IMG/VR virus record: IMGVR_UViG_3300031962_000001
Coordinates: 28,915 to 92,914 of that record
From: a virus
DNA: 64,000 nucleotides
Strand: one strand, 5' to 3'
Shown one piece after another: positions 47,051 to 56,379 of the stretch. A model generated the notes under the pieces. The model did no database searches. It saw nothing but the letters and a program-made list of their open reading frames with translations, and was not told the DNA's origin. The position numbers and the translations under genes were made by a program. Within the stretch, counting starts at the first letter, position 1; each line of letters begins with the position of its first letter.

Positions 47051-48811
47051 ATGATCCATTTCCGCAAACTCGTTCTGCAAAATTTCATGAGTTATCGTGA
47101 AAAGACAGTCGTCCCTCTGTCTGGGCAAGGCATTGTTCGCATAGAGGGCAAGAACGAGGACGACCGTGGAGCCGTAAGCAACATGGCAGGCAAGAGCACT
47201 ATTCTGGAAGGACTCTTGTGGTGCCTGTTCGGGAAAACTTTGAGAGGAGTAAAGCACGATGCCGTTGTCAATAGAAAATCTAAACGAAATTGTCGAGTGT
47301 CTGCAGTGGTTGAGCTCGATGAGAGCGCTTTCAGGTTCATCCGTTACAGACGAGATTCGAAATTCCAAAACAGACTTAGAATCTTTAGAGGTGATAGAGA
47401 AATATCTTTTAAGCACGAGCAGAATGCGCAGTCTAAGCTCGAAAGCATACTTGGCTGTGACTTTGCGGCATTTGTCAATTCGACAGTGTTTGGAGGTTTT
47501 GATGGAGCGAGACGCCAGTTCGCCCTTCTATCAGATTCTGACCAGAAGCGAATCCTCGACTCCTTCCTGAGTTTTGAAAAATTCGAGCTCGCGCAGGAGC
47601 GGACGAAAGAGCTGCTGCGCAAGTCCAGAGAAAATCTTACAGAAACCAAGCTGGCTCTAGTGAGGGCAGAAGGCGAAGTAAGTACGTATAGGGAAAAGAC
47701 AGCTACGCTCCTGGCTGGCGCAAAACTTTTCAGAGACAAGGAAAGAGACGAACGCCGGAAGCTGAAGAAGCAGCTCAAGGCCATCGTGCTTCCAAATGTC
47801 AGGAAGTATGACAAAGAGATTGAGGGGGCTGAAAAGCGAGTAGAGGACTTCTCAACCAAGCTGAACAAATCTAATTCCCACTCAGACGCTGCTCGTCGTT
47901 CTCTCAATAAACTGCGCAAGCAGATACTCTCTTGGAAATCTCTCACTGGTAGGAAATGCCCAACATGCGGACAGATCGTATCAGGCTTGACCGGAGAGAA
48001 GCTCCTAGAGCATTTGAGAGCCGACCTGAAAGAGATCAAGAGAGACTTTAAGAAGTCCTCTGCTCTTGCGTCGAAATATGAAAGGAGGTTGGCGTATGGG
48101 TCGTCTGTCCTAAAGGACCTGCACAGAAAGCAACAACACGTTCGGCATCAACACGATAAGCTAGACGAGAGGAGAGCGGGGATACTTGAACGTATATCCA
48201 GATTAACCCCTGGGGATCCGTTCTCCTCTCAAATAGAGGAGGCAAGATTACAATATTCCAAATCTCTATCGAGAATGTTGGTGCTGAAGCAAAAGAGCGT
48301 AGAGCTTACGAGGCGCATCAAAGCTCTGTCGTTCTGGGAGGTAGGCTTTGGAAACAAGGGAGTGAAAACGCTAGTCATGAGAGAAATCCTTCCGGCCATG
48401 AACACCAAGCTGCAAGAATACGCTTCGCAAGTGTTCCACTCACCGGTCGAGCTAGAATTCCGCCCCAGCAAAACTACGAAGAAGGGGGACGAGCGTGAGT
48501 CTTTCCATTTGCATTACAAATCCAAGCTCAATTCTGCCAGTTATCTTGGCGAGTCGTCAGGAGGCAGGCGACGGATCGACATCTGCTGCCTCCTTGTGTT
48601 TAGTTGGCTTGCACGCTGTTCTAATCTGCTCATGGTCGATGAACTCCTTGATGGCCTTGATGATTCGGGACAGCGAGCTGTTCTGGATATCCTTACAAGC
48701 CAACGAGGAAGCGTTTTCGTTATTTCACATAATGCCGGAATCAAGCATTCAATAGGTCAAGTCTGGACAGTAAGAAAAAAGCACGGAGTCTCAACATTGG
48801 AGATACCATAA
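47051..48811 (+). CDS. sbcC: SbcC/Rad50 (gp46-like) ATPase
   Basis: NFMSY, SNMAGKS, CPTCG hook, SGG signature, MVDE, ISH. Confidence 0.9.
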   Translation: MIHFRKLVLQNFMSYREKTVVPLSGQGIVRIEGKNEDDRGAVSNMAGKSTILEGLLWCLFGKTLRGVKHDAVVNRKSKRNCRVSAVVELDESAFRFIRYRRDSKFQNRLRIFRGDREISFKHEQNAQSKLESILGCDFAAFVNSTVFGGFDGARRQFALLSDSDQKRILDSFLSFEKFELAQERTKELLRKSRENLTETKLALVRAEGEVSTYREKTATLLAGAKLFRDKERDERRKLKKQLKAIVLPNVRKYDKEIEGAEKRVEDFSTKLNKSNSHSDAARRSLNKLRKQILSWKSLTGRKCPTCGQIVSGLTGEKLLEHLRADLKEIKRDFKKSSALASKYERRLAYGSSVLKDLHRKQQHVRHQHDKLDERRAGILERISRLTPGDPFSSQIEEARLQYSKSLSRMLVLKQKSVELTRRIKALSFWEVGFGNKGVKTLVMREILPAMNTKLQEYASQVFHSPVELEFRPSKTTKKGDERESFHLHYKSKLNSASYLGESSGGRRRIDICCLLVFSWLARCSNLLMVDELLDGLDDSGQRAVLDILTSQRGSVFVISHNAGIKHSIGQVWTVRKKHGVSTLEIP

Positions 48812-49503
48812 TGCCAGTTCTGAACAATCGAAGAGTGACAAAGCTATTGCAAAGATTTTCTCGTCATAAGAAAGACGTGGCTCTTCGAAACAAGATAGTC
48901 GAAAAAGCCATTCCGCTCATGGACGCTGCCATCTCGCGAATGAAACTCTACAGATACAGAGACGAGTTGAAACAGGAATGCGCCTTGAAAGTCATGTACG
49001 CGCTTGGCAAATACGACAGCCACCGCGGCGACGCATTTGGATTTCTATGGACCGTCATCTGCAATACCTGTCGTACCCACGCCGAAAGACTTGGCAGACC
49101 GAACTTGTCCTTGTCCACGGACGAAGTGATACAGCGTGAGGCTGAAGCCAGCTCGTACGAAAAGTTCCAGACTCCTGAGAACCAGCATATCATAACTACA
49201 ATTCAGAGTCAGCTTGTCAAAGCGCTCAACAATCCAAATTCATTCAGACCCGCTAGGGTCAGGCTCCATAGAAAAGCCTGCAAGCGTCTGAAGAAATTTA
49301 TATCCAGTGGAGAACTGTTCTTTGATAAAAACAAAGTCGTGACCGATCTGAAGAGGATAGGCCTCGACAGAAAGGCGATTCAGTATTACATGCAATTCAG
49401 TCTCGTAGTGGTTCGCGCTCAATTATTGAAAGCGAGGGAGAACGCTGGTGCGATCGCTCATCACAAGATTGGCCAAAATTTTTCCGCAGAGCTTGACGTC
49501 TGA
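48811..49503 (+). CDS. Sigma70-like factor 2
   Basis: RNKIV...DELKQE.......KYD..RG.AF.F...V..N region 2-like. Confidence 0.65.
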   Translation: MPVLNNRRVTKLLQRFSRHKKDVALRNKIVEKAIPLMDAAISRMKLYRYRDELKQECALKVMYALGKYDSHRGDAFGFLWTVICNTCRTHAERLGRPNLSLSTDEVIQREAEASSYEKFQTPENQHIITTIQSQLVKALNNPNSFRPARVRLHRKACKRLKKFISSGELFFDKNKVVTDLKRIGLDRKAIQYYMQFSLVVVRAQLLKARENAGAIAHHKIGQNFSAELDV

Positions 49504-49843
49504 GATTCTGAGAATATTTGGGCCGGAGCTTACAGAAAAATTCTTTCTGGTATTCGGTGGCACAACAATCAAAATCCCCTCCACAAAAGAAATTAGAGAA
49601 ATGCAAATAGGTCTAGCTATCTATGACACCTTGCACAATGCAAAGTCTAGAGCTGAAAGCCGACGTCTCTGTGCCATACTTGGGGAGCAGCATGATCTGA
49701 AGAGAAAGGAAGTCAGGAAACTCTACAAGTATACGAAAGGTATGCTTAGAGAGGCGAAGAAGGTGAACGAAGCGGATGTCAGGGTCGGCAACAACCAAAA
49801 GGCTAGAATCAAGGTCAAGCGCAAGAACAAGAGGAGGATGTGA
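49448..49843 (+). CDS. Mor-family transcription activator-like protein
   Basis: FG.E....F...FGGTTIKIP plus C-terminal HTH-like segment. Confidence 0.6.
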   Translation: MRSLITRLAKIFPQSLTSEILRIFGPELTEKFFLVFGGTTIKIPSTKEIREMQIGLAIYDTLHNAKSRAESRRLCAILGEQHDLKRKEVRKLYKYTKGMLREAKKVNEADVRVGNNQKARIKVKRKNKRRM

Positions 49844-49980
49844 TGCCGCCTGTGGTAGACCTGGAAGAAGCCAAAGAGCATGCTGAAAAAGCGTTCAAGT
49901 ATGGCATTATAGTCGGGTTCTGTGCTTGCGCCTTGCTATTACTGATTCTAAAAATGGCTGGATGCAAATGGCTAACGTGA
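49843..49980 (+). CDS. Small membrane protein (45 aa, not in ORF track)
   Basis: GAGGAGG RBS; one hydrophobic segment. Confidence 0.5.
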   Translation: MPPVVDLEEAKEHAEKAFKYGIIVGFCACALLLLILKMAGCKWLT

Positions 49981-50513
49981 GTGACTGGACCAAGGAAGAC
50001 CAAGCTGAGATGATGAGCAGAATTGCTAAGAAATATAATCGCTTAAGATGGAAGAACTCATCATATCGTAGAAAAATGCTTAGAGTTCTTAGAAAAGGGA
50101 AGCGCGCTAGGATTCTAGGCTATAGGAAAAAATTTGATAGTTTTAGATCGAAGCTAGTAGAGCGTGGAAAGGAACTTTGGGAGTCTCATAAAGACGATCC
50201 TGAATTCCAAAAGCTGGTACACGAGAGTCACAAATATCCTTCTGCAATACAGATTTCTATTTTCAAAAGTCTGTGCGCTAGGAGGTGTAAAGGGATTCGT
50301 TTAGAGCATGTAGTGTCTCGATACTCTGTGGACATTGCTCATCCGAAAAAGAAAATAGCTGTAGAGGTAGATGGAAAATATTGGCATAGAGATAAGAGCA
50401 AAGAGCGGACAAGAGATCGTTGTCTAAGAAAATTGGGTTGGAAGGTTATACATGTGAAAACAAAATTGTCAGAAGCGATCTGGCTTTCGGAGGTACTCCG
50501 TGGCAAATGTTAG
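49968..50513 (+). CDS. DUF559/Vsr-like endonuclease, probable homing endonuclease
   Basis: YSVDIA...IAVEVDGKYWH...RD..L..LGW.V. Confidence 0.8.
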   Translation: MANVSDWTKEDQAEMMSRIAKKYNRLRWKNSSYRRKMLRVLRKGKRARILGYRKKFDSFRSKLVERGKELWESHKDDPEFQKLVHESHKYPSAIQISIFKSLCARRCKGIRLEHVVSRYSVDIAHPKKKIAVEVDGKYWHRDKSKERTRDRCLRKLGWKVIHVKTKLSEAIWLSEVLRGKC

Positions 50514-50958
50514 TGGCTGGAAAAACTTCGAAAGAGAAGTAGCAGAGGCTCTGGGCGGCAAGCGTCGCCTGAGGACGATGGAGTCTTATGGTAAGGAAGC
50601 GACAGACGTTTTCTTTCCCAAGAAACTGCGCAAACGGTTTCCCAAATTGAAGACCGTCGCCATCGAGTGCAAGAAGCGCAAAACCATCAACGTGCATTCT
50701 ACTTTCTCAGAAGCGAAGCTGAAATATGGCAAGACCGGGAAGAATCTAATCTTGGCTTCTAAGATACCTGCTACCAAAAAAGGGACTATCAAGTGGAAAA
50801 AGCTACGCAAGAAAATCAAGGGCAAGACAGGACTGAAGCTCAAGCGCAAAGATTTTATTGCGCCATTAGTCACTGTAGAATTAGATTTCTTTAAAGAACT
50901 TTGGGAGCATTGGGTTTTCGGTAGGAAATTCACAAAACAGGAGATGAGGAATGCCTGA
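50500..50958 (+). CDS. PD-(D/E)XK Holliday junction resolvase-like protein
   Basis: FEREVA...DV...IECK. Confidence 0.7.
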   Translation: MANVSGWKNFEREVAEALGGKRRLRTMESYGKEATDVFFPKKLRKRFPKLKTVAIECKKRKTINVHSTFSEAKLKYGKTGKNLILASKIPATKKGTIKWKKLRKKIKGKTGLKLKRKDFIAPLVTVELDFFKELWEHWVFGRKFTKQEMRNA

Positions 50959-51553
50959 CAAGAAGATAAACGTGGACGCGCACATCCCGTCCGACACAGA
51001 GCAGTTCGACAAGAAGGTGGCACAAATGAAAAGGCCAATGAGGACACCAGAACGAGAAGAGCTAGATCACAAGCTCAGCCTGCTTGTATCTCGCCTGTCC
51101 TCGTATGCCAATTTTCACACCAAGAACGAGCACATCATAGACGAAAAGACCGGCCAAGATCTGGGCCTCGGCCCTCTGGATGTGCAATGTTACGTTCAGA
51201 CAATCCTCACGAACTGCCAAGTCATAGAGTTCAGTGGGATGCTGCAAGAGAAACTGACGGCCATGTCTAAAATCTTAAGGAAGGCAGAGAGTACTTACCT
51301 GAACGCTCGCTTGAACATAGCTCCTCTGCGAGGAAATGAAACCGAAGACATCGCAAGACAACTGGCAGACGTGCTCGCTACCGACGAAATAGAACTGCTC
51401 AACAGAACGGTCAAGAACGTGGAAAACTATTTGCATTCTTTGCAGCAACAGTTCGGCATCCAAATCACGGCAGAAGGAGTCACAATCAATGTCAGAACAG
51501 AACCAGCCGGACCTATCCCAACCGAACCAGACTCAACCTCCAAGCCAAATTAA
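50951..51553 (+). CDS. Hypothetical protein
   Basis: AGGAG RBS. Confidence 0.6.
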   Translation: MPDKKINVDAHIPSDTEQFDKKVAQMKRPMRTPEREELDHKLSLLVSRLSSYANFHTKNEHIIDEKTGQDLGLGPLDVQCYVQTILTNCQVIEFSGMLQEKLTAMSKILRKAESTYLNARLNIAPLRGNETEDIARQLADVLATDEIELLNRTVKNVENYLHSLQQQFGIQITAEGVTINVRTEPAGPIPTEPDSTSKPN

Positions 51554-51743
51554 GGGCACAGAAGGAGTAGAGCTCCGGGTTATCATACGAGAAAAAGGGA
51601 ATGGCGACCCTGAGGTGCAATGGCAGGCTACGCTGATAAATAGCGAAGTCATAATACCTCTACGCCCAGCCCATTTGCTGGGCCTTTTTCAGGCTGCGAT
51701 TCTAGTGCTGGGAAAAGACATTTACTGGCCGAAACAGAAGTAA
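51489..51743 (+). CDS. Hypothetical protein
   Basis: AAGGAG RBS. Confidence 0.55.
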   Translation: MSEQNQPDLSQPNQTQPPSQIKGTEGVELRVIIREKGNGDPEVQWQATLINSEVIIPLRPAHLLGLFQAAILVLGKDIYWPKQK

Positions 51744-51752
51744 CTCTATAGG
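51740..51752 (+). promoter_or_regulatory. Late-promoter-like motif GTAACTCTATAGG
   Basis: Identical 13-mer at 56359; variants at 5891 and 62406. Confidence 0.55.
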
Positions 51753-51766
51753 CATGGAGCCTCGCT

Positions 51767-52477
51767 ATGAAAAAGAAGATTCGTAGATTCCCGCGTCTTA
51801 GCCCACGCAGGTTTCCGCGTCTGCCTGAGGATTTTCCAGAACTTGTGCCAAAGAAGAAGAAAATGTTCATGGGAGTCAGCGTCGAAGGCGGCAGGATTCC
51901 CAGAAACTATAACAAGTTAACAAAGAAACAGAAGCGGGCTATCAGGCTCGTAGTCAACGGCATGACCATCAATGACATGTGCCGCAAAGTAGATATCCAT
52001 CACAACACGTGGTATCGCTGGCTGCATCTGCACGAAAAGTTCAAACACTACTATCTACGCTACGCTAACAAGCAGGCGCTAGTCACAGAAGGGAGGCTGG
52101 ACGCGAAGGTTGGCAGAGCAGTGCAGGTCGTAGAAAGTTCGTTAGACAGCGCCGATCCGTACTTCGCACACGACGCCGCCGTCAAGCTGCTATCTGGCCG
52201 TGGGCTTTACAAAAAGAATGTGGAGCAGAACAAACATGTCAGCGGCTCGGTCATGCACGGTGTGGTTGGCAAGGTGGAACACCAAATCGTAGACAAGGAC
52301 CTGATGGTGGCTTTCGTAGACGCTCTTACAGGCAAAGCCATAGGAGCGCCGGAACACAAGGAAAAGGTAATCAACGCGAAAGTTCTGAAGAGTTTGCCGG
52401 AGCCGAGGAATGGTATCAATACCGAAATACAAAAAATCGTCGAAGCAGAAGCTGTACGATCAGATTCGACAAGCTAA
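51767..52477 (+). CDS. terS: Terminase small subunit (putative)
   Basis: LT.KQ..AI + HTH + W; directly upstream of terminase ATPase. Confidence 0.65.
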   Translation: MKKKIRRFPRLSPRRFPRLPEDFPELVPKKKKMFMGVSVEGGRIPRNYNKLTKKQKRAIRLVVNGMTINDMCRKVDIHHNTWYRWLHLHEKFKHYYLRYANKQALVTEGRLDAKVGRAVQVVESSLDSADPYFAHDAAVKLLSGRGLYKKNVEQNKHVSGSVMHGVVGKVEHQIVDKDLMVAFVDALTGKAIGAPEHKEKVINAKVLKSLPEPRNGINTEIQKIVEAEAVRSDSTS

Positions 52478-53654
52478 AGGAATCGCTGGCGTTCGTGAGC
52501 TGATGCGTCAGTATATGTCGCCTCAGTTCAGAAGACAGATGGTTTCTTTATCGCCAGAGTTCTTCCTGACCTATTACCTTGGCTTCAAGCTGCCGATGCA
52601 CCAGCAAAAATGGATCAAGCTGTGGAGAGTGAAATATCTATTGGACCTAGCGCCTAGAGATCATGGCAAGTCGTGGATATTCTCTTACGGCCATCCATTG
52701 TACGAAATATACGCGGACTTCGTGAAGAACAATCTGGAAGAAGTGAAGTTCCGCTTCCTGCAAATTTCCAAGACAGACGACCAGTCCTCCAAATACGCTA
52801 ATCAGGTTCGCGAGACGATCGAGAGGAATCCTTACCTGCGCGAAGACTTCGGAAACATACAGGACTCTGACCACTGGCTCAAGGGCTACTTCGCCTGCAA
52901 GCGCAAGGACACCGCGATCAATATCGAGAAAGACCACACCTATGAAAAGACAGGAGTACTGGGCGGTATCACCGGAGGGCATTTTGAGTTTATCAACGTT
53001 GATGACCCACTCGATGACGAAAACACGAAGAATACTGAACGTATGGATTCTGTCGAGAACTGGTTTTGGGGCACGGTCTGGAATCTTAGGGAAACATATA
53101 CTCGAATCCGGGTTGTTGGGACTCGTAAAAACAGACGAGACCTTTTCAACACGCTGATACAGTCGCCGCTCTGGAAAAAGAACATCGAGCGAGCTATTAT
53201 CAAGTATCCGATGATAATCGACAGGTCTACGAACAGACAGATACAAGGCTGGCTCTACAAGACAGACAAGGGCAGGCATGTCCGCAATATGTCAGAGCTG
53301 CGCAGTGAGGAAATCATTGTAGACGTGGAACTCTTGACAGATGACTACGAAGTCTTGTGGCCCTCGACGGAAGCTCTAAACGAGAAGGGCGAAATTGAGA
53401 TGACGCCAGTGATCGATCAAGACACGGGCGAGGAAATAGGTCAGCAGCCAAAAGTGTTTGGGTGGGGGATCAAAGAGCTTTTGCTAGACAGAGCCGGTTC
53501 TGGAGCGTCGGTATTCGACAGAGAGAAGCAGAACGAAATCAACGCCGAAGAAGGTGGAGTGTTCAAAAAGGACTGGCTCCATCTCTTCAATCAAGACCAG
53601 CTGTACCTGAACGATCAGGACTCCTATTTCTATCTCCTCCCGGAGGCAGCATGA
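52410..53654 (+). CDS. terL: Terminase large subunit, ATPase domain only
   Basis: HQ, APRDHGKS, ITGGH, VDDP, VGTR, E.QN.....G.VFK..W, then stop. Confidence 0.85.
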   Translation: MVSIPKYKKSSKQKLYDQIRQAKGIAGVRELMRQYMSPQFRRQMVSLSPEFFLTYYLGFKLPMHQQKWIKLWRVKYLLDLAPRDHGKSWIFSYGHPLYEIYADFVKNNLEEVKFRFLQISKTDDQSSKYANQVRETIERNPYLREDFGNIQDSDHWLKGYFACKRKDTAINIEKDHTYEKTGVLGGITGGHFEFINVDDPLDDENTKNTERMDSVENWFWGTVWNLRETYTRIRVVGTRKNRRDLFNTLIQSPLWKKNIERAIIKYPMIIDRSTNRQIQGWLYKTDKGRHVRNMSELRSEEIIVDVELLTDDYEVLWPSTEALNEKGEIEMTPVIDQDTGEEIGQQPKVFGWGIKELLLDRAGSGASVFDREKQNEINAEEGGVFKKDWLHLFNQDQLYLNDQDSYFYLLPEAA

Positions 53655-53944
53655 AATCGCTAGAAGAATTAAAAGAAGAGTACAAATCTCTTTGTCATGC
53701 TATGCAAAGTGGTGTGGCTGCGAAGATGAACGTGGACGATTCTGAGTGTAAGCCGAAGCATCTGAGAGTTGGTGTGAACTCTTCGATGGTGGATTCTTCA
53801 GCTCTCGCCAGACTCCTTATGAGAAAAGGAATCATCGTAGAACAGGAATACTACGAAATCCTCGTAGAAGTAATGCGCGAAGAAGTGGAGAGTTACAAAA
53901 AGTTCCTGAGCGATCATTATGGGTCTAATATAAATCTTGCGTGA
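53651..53944 (+). CDS. Hypothetical protein
   Basis: GGAGG RBS, ATGA overlap. Confidence 0.6.
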   Translation: MKSLEELKEEYKSLCHAMQSGVAAKMNVDDSECKPKHLRVGVNSSMVDSSALARLLMRKGIIVEQEYYEILVEVMREEVESYKKFLSDHYGSNINLA

Positions 53945-53951
53945 GGAAATT

Positions 53952-55436
53952 ATGACTGACGCCGATCTCCTTTACGAACGCAGGCTTCTGGAGCAGGAGC
54001 AGCAAATCCATCCAGACCCTGTCACGCAAATACAGTACATCCAGAAGCAGCTGCCGAGAGCTGGCGGCCAGGGGAAAGACTACACTGTTTGCATGGACTT
54101 CGATGGCGTGCTGTCATTCCATAGAACCGGCGATTCCATAGACAAGATCGGACCTCCACTCCAGCCAGGAATCCAACTGGCGAAGCGTATCGTGGCTTCT
54201 GGTCTTAAGCTGGTGGTCCTCACGGCGAGGCCGGAGCAAATGCATGACACAATCCTTGGATGGCTCAAAGGCCAAGGAGTCAAAGCCTACGAGGTGACGA
54301 ACATCAAGCCACCAGCGGCTCTGTATATCGACGATCGCGCAGAAAAGTGGCCCCAGAATTTTACTGGGCATAGAGAAGCCATCCGTCGCATAGACGAATT
54401 TGGAACTCGCTTGCTTGAACATGGCATAAAGGGACAGAAATGGCATCATCACAAGCAGAAGGACGAGCCTGAATCCAAAGGCAGAGCCTTGAAGCTGAAA
54501 GACAAAGATATTAGGACTCAGAGAGATTCTCTAGAGCTTGTCAAGCAGGCAGAAAAGCAGGCTGGTCTCAGCGCCTTGATGTACGCTGGTAGAGATGAAG
54601 AGCAGAAGGGAATTTCGGGCGGCTCTAACCTTGACAAATTGTACTCAGAGTTGGAAAAAAAGAGCGATCGTCTGGAAAGACTTGAAGATAAGATAGACGA
54701 CCTTCGCGACAAGAAATACTATGCCTCTAGCGAAAAGAAAGCGGCGATAAGTGAAAAGATAGCTAGCATGAAAGACGAGATGTCAGAACTTAAGGATAGA
54801 GTTAAGTGGCTAGACAAGGAAACGGATAGGCGTGAAGATAGCGATGAGACGGCATGGGACCCTTCTAGAATATATCGCCACGCTCTGTTCGATGCCGCTG
54901 GCTTCTCAGAAAAAGATTACAACTCGTTCCATGGGCATATTGAAGATTGGGCAGACGATGGTGGAGGTAAGAACCATCCATTGCGCCTAGCAGCGAAGGA
55001 AATTGCCACTGGGAATGTCAGAAGTATGAACGCCAAAGGCCTCCTAATAGAAAACGCCATCAATGCAATCTACTATGGCGAGAACAAAGACGTACATCTG
55101 TTCCGTGGCATAGACACGGCTAAGATGGAGAAGATCGTTAGGAAGGCAGAAAAAGAAGGCAAGGACTACGTCACTGTCTTGTTCAATCATTCCGACCATT
55201 GGAGCACCTCAAAGGACACTTCTAAAGATTTAGGTGAGACAGTGTTCTGTTCTAGGAATTTCTTCTATGGAAAAGATATTCTATTAAGCTACAAAACAAA
55301 CCATATCTTTGACGAGTACGAAAGCGAAAAAGAAGTTGTGCCTCTGGTGAAGAACCAGAAAATGAAATTTGCCTTGAACGCAAAAGCTGACAAGGGCAAC
55401 AGAGTGAGATTTTACGATGAAGGAGAATTTGACTAA
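53952..55436 (+). CDS. HAD-like domain + HGIKGQKW motif + coiled coil + ADP-ribosyltransferase-like domain
   Basis: DFDG, LTAR, K, YIDD; then LFRG, WSTS, ESEKEV. Confidence 0.6.
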   Translation: MTDADLLYERRLLEQEQQIHPDPVTQIQYIQKQLPRAGGQGKDYTVCMDFDGVLSFHRTGDSIDKIGPPLQPGIQLAKRIVASGLKLVVLTARPEQMHDTILGWLKGQGVKAYEVTNIKPPAALYIDDRAEKWPQNFTGHREAIRRIDEFGTRLLEHGIKGQKWHHHKQKDEPESKGRALKLKDKDIRTQRDSLELVKQAEKQAGLSALMYAGRDEEQKGISGGSNLDKLYSELEKKSDRLERLEDKIDDLRDKKYYASSEKKAAISEKIASMKDEMSELKDRVKWLDKETDRREDSDETAWDPSRIYRHALFDAAGFSEKDYNSFHGHIEDWADDGGGKNHPLRLAAKEIATGNVRSMNAKGLLIENAINAIYYGENKDVHLFRGIDTAKMEKIVRKAEKEGKDYVTVLFNHSDHWSTSKDTSKDLGETVFCSRNFFYGKDILLSYKTNHIFDEYESEKEVVPLVKNQKMKFALNAKADKGNRVRFYDEGEFD

Positions 55437-55603
55437 TGCCAAAAGTAGTAAAGGAAACGCCGAACGAAGTAGTGGTAGACATACGCGACGATCCCGATTA
55501 CGATTGGATTCGCTTGCGTAGAAAACTAAAGAGGGAGAAAACTGATGGCAACGAAAAGACTGACCGAAGTGAAAAAGCCAGAGGTAAAGCCAAAAGATTC
55601 TAG
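55436..55603 (+). CDS. Small protein (55 aa, not in ORF track)
   Basis: AGGAG RBS, TAATG coupling. Confidence 0.45.
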   Translation: MPKVVKETPNEVVVDIRDDPDYDWIRLRRKLKREKTDGNEKTDRSEKARGKAKRF

Positions 55604-55685
55604 ATTCGACGACCTTGAGCGAGTGAACAAGAGAGCCAGGAAGCTTTTTCGTCAACAGGAGCCAAGTAGACTGCGTGGACACTGA
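55545..55685 (+). CDS. Small protein (46 aa, not in ORF track)
   Basis: GGGAG RBS; TGATG coupling to terminase nuclease gene. Confidence 0.5.
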   Translation: MATKRLTEVKKPEVKPKDSRFDDLERVNKRARKLFRQQEPSRLRGH

Positions 55686-56356
55686 TGCTAGTCTTAAGAC
55701 CTCAACAGTTCGCTGATCTAGCGCTCCTCTCAGACAAAGACCCGCAGGCACGGAAGCGTCCAGATGGGACAGTCATAGCCGACTGGTTCTGTCTGGCGAC
55801 CGCGTCTAGAGTCAACGCTCTGGTATATTTGCTGGACCTGTACCGCGCTCAGATTCCATTTCCAGATCAGGTCAAGGTCCTCGCTCGAGAACATTGCCAA
55901 TGGCACTCAGTTTCCATCGGCATTGAAAACCATGCGTACCAGTGGGCGCTAGGACAGCAAGCATGGGCAATCGGTTTGCCAGTAGTCCCAGTCACATATC
56001 CAGGAGACAAGCTCTACAAGTGGCAGTTGGGCACGCCACACTTCGAGTCCGGTAGAGTCAGAATGCGCGGCGTGCGAGAACCCAACGGCGAGTTGACGCC
56101 ACATCCGGCATTTAGAAGATTCGTGAAGGAAGCACTGGACGCGCCATACGGGGAAAATGACGACACGATAGACGCAGTCATCGGCGTAGTGCTGATGTGC
56201 ACTGGCCCAGAGTTCGTGGCGAAGGAATTCGCTGGCGGACTGACAAAGGGATTCGCCATCGCAGTAGCTGGTGGCACAGGACGCAGGTGGACCATCCCGG
56301 GAATACACACGGGCAGGAATGTAGATCCGTACGACGAATTCAAAAGCGAGTTCTAA
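55685..56356 (+). CDS. Terminase large subunit, RNase H-like nuclease domain only
   Basis: DLA...DW, IGIE..AYQ, DK......FESG.V, G.NDD.IDA. Confidence 0.8.
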   Translation: MLVLRPQQFADLALLSDKDPQARKRPDGTVIADWFCLATASRVNALVYLLDLYRAQIPFPDQVKVLAREHCQWHSVSIGIENHAYQWALGQQAWAIGLPVVPVTYPGDKLYKWQLGTPHFESGRVRMRGVREPNGELTPHPAFRRFVKEALDAPYGENDDTIDAVIGVVLMCTGPEFVAKEFAGGLTKGFAIAVAGGTGRRWTIPGIHTGRNVDPYDEFKSEF

Positions 56357-56358
56357 AG

Positions 56359-56371
56359 GTAACTCTATAGG
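56359..56371 (+). promoter_or_regulatory. GTAACTCTATAGG motif
   Basis: Exact match to 51740-51752; before head genes. Confidence 0.55.
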
Positions 56372-56379
56372 AGGACGCA

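Noticed and set aside
46450-50650. Near-matches SFPRF (SbcD) and KRFPK (resolvase)
   Set aside because: Imperfect; excluded from the count, although they may be weak copies
53654-55685. Intein or intron explaining the terminase gap
   Set aside because: Real stop codon, several independent RBS-bearing genes, no splice motifs seen
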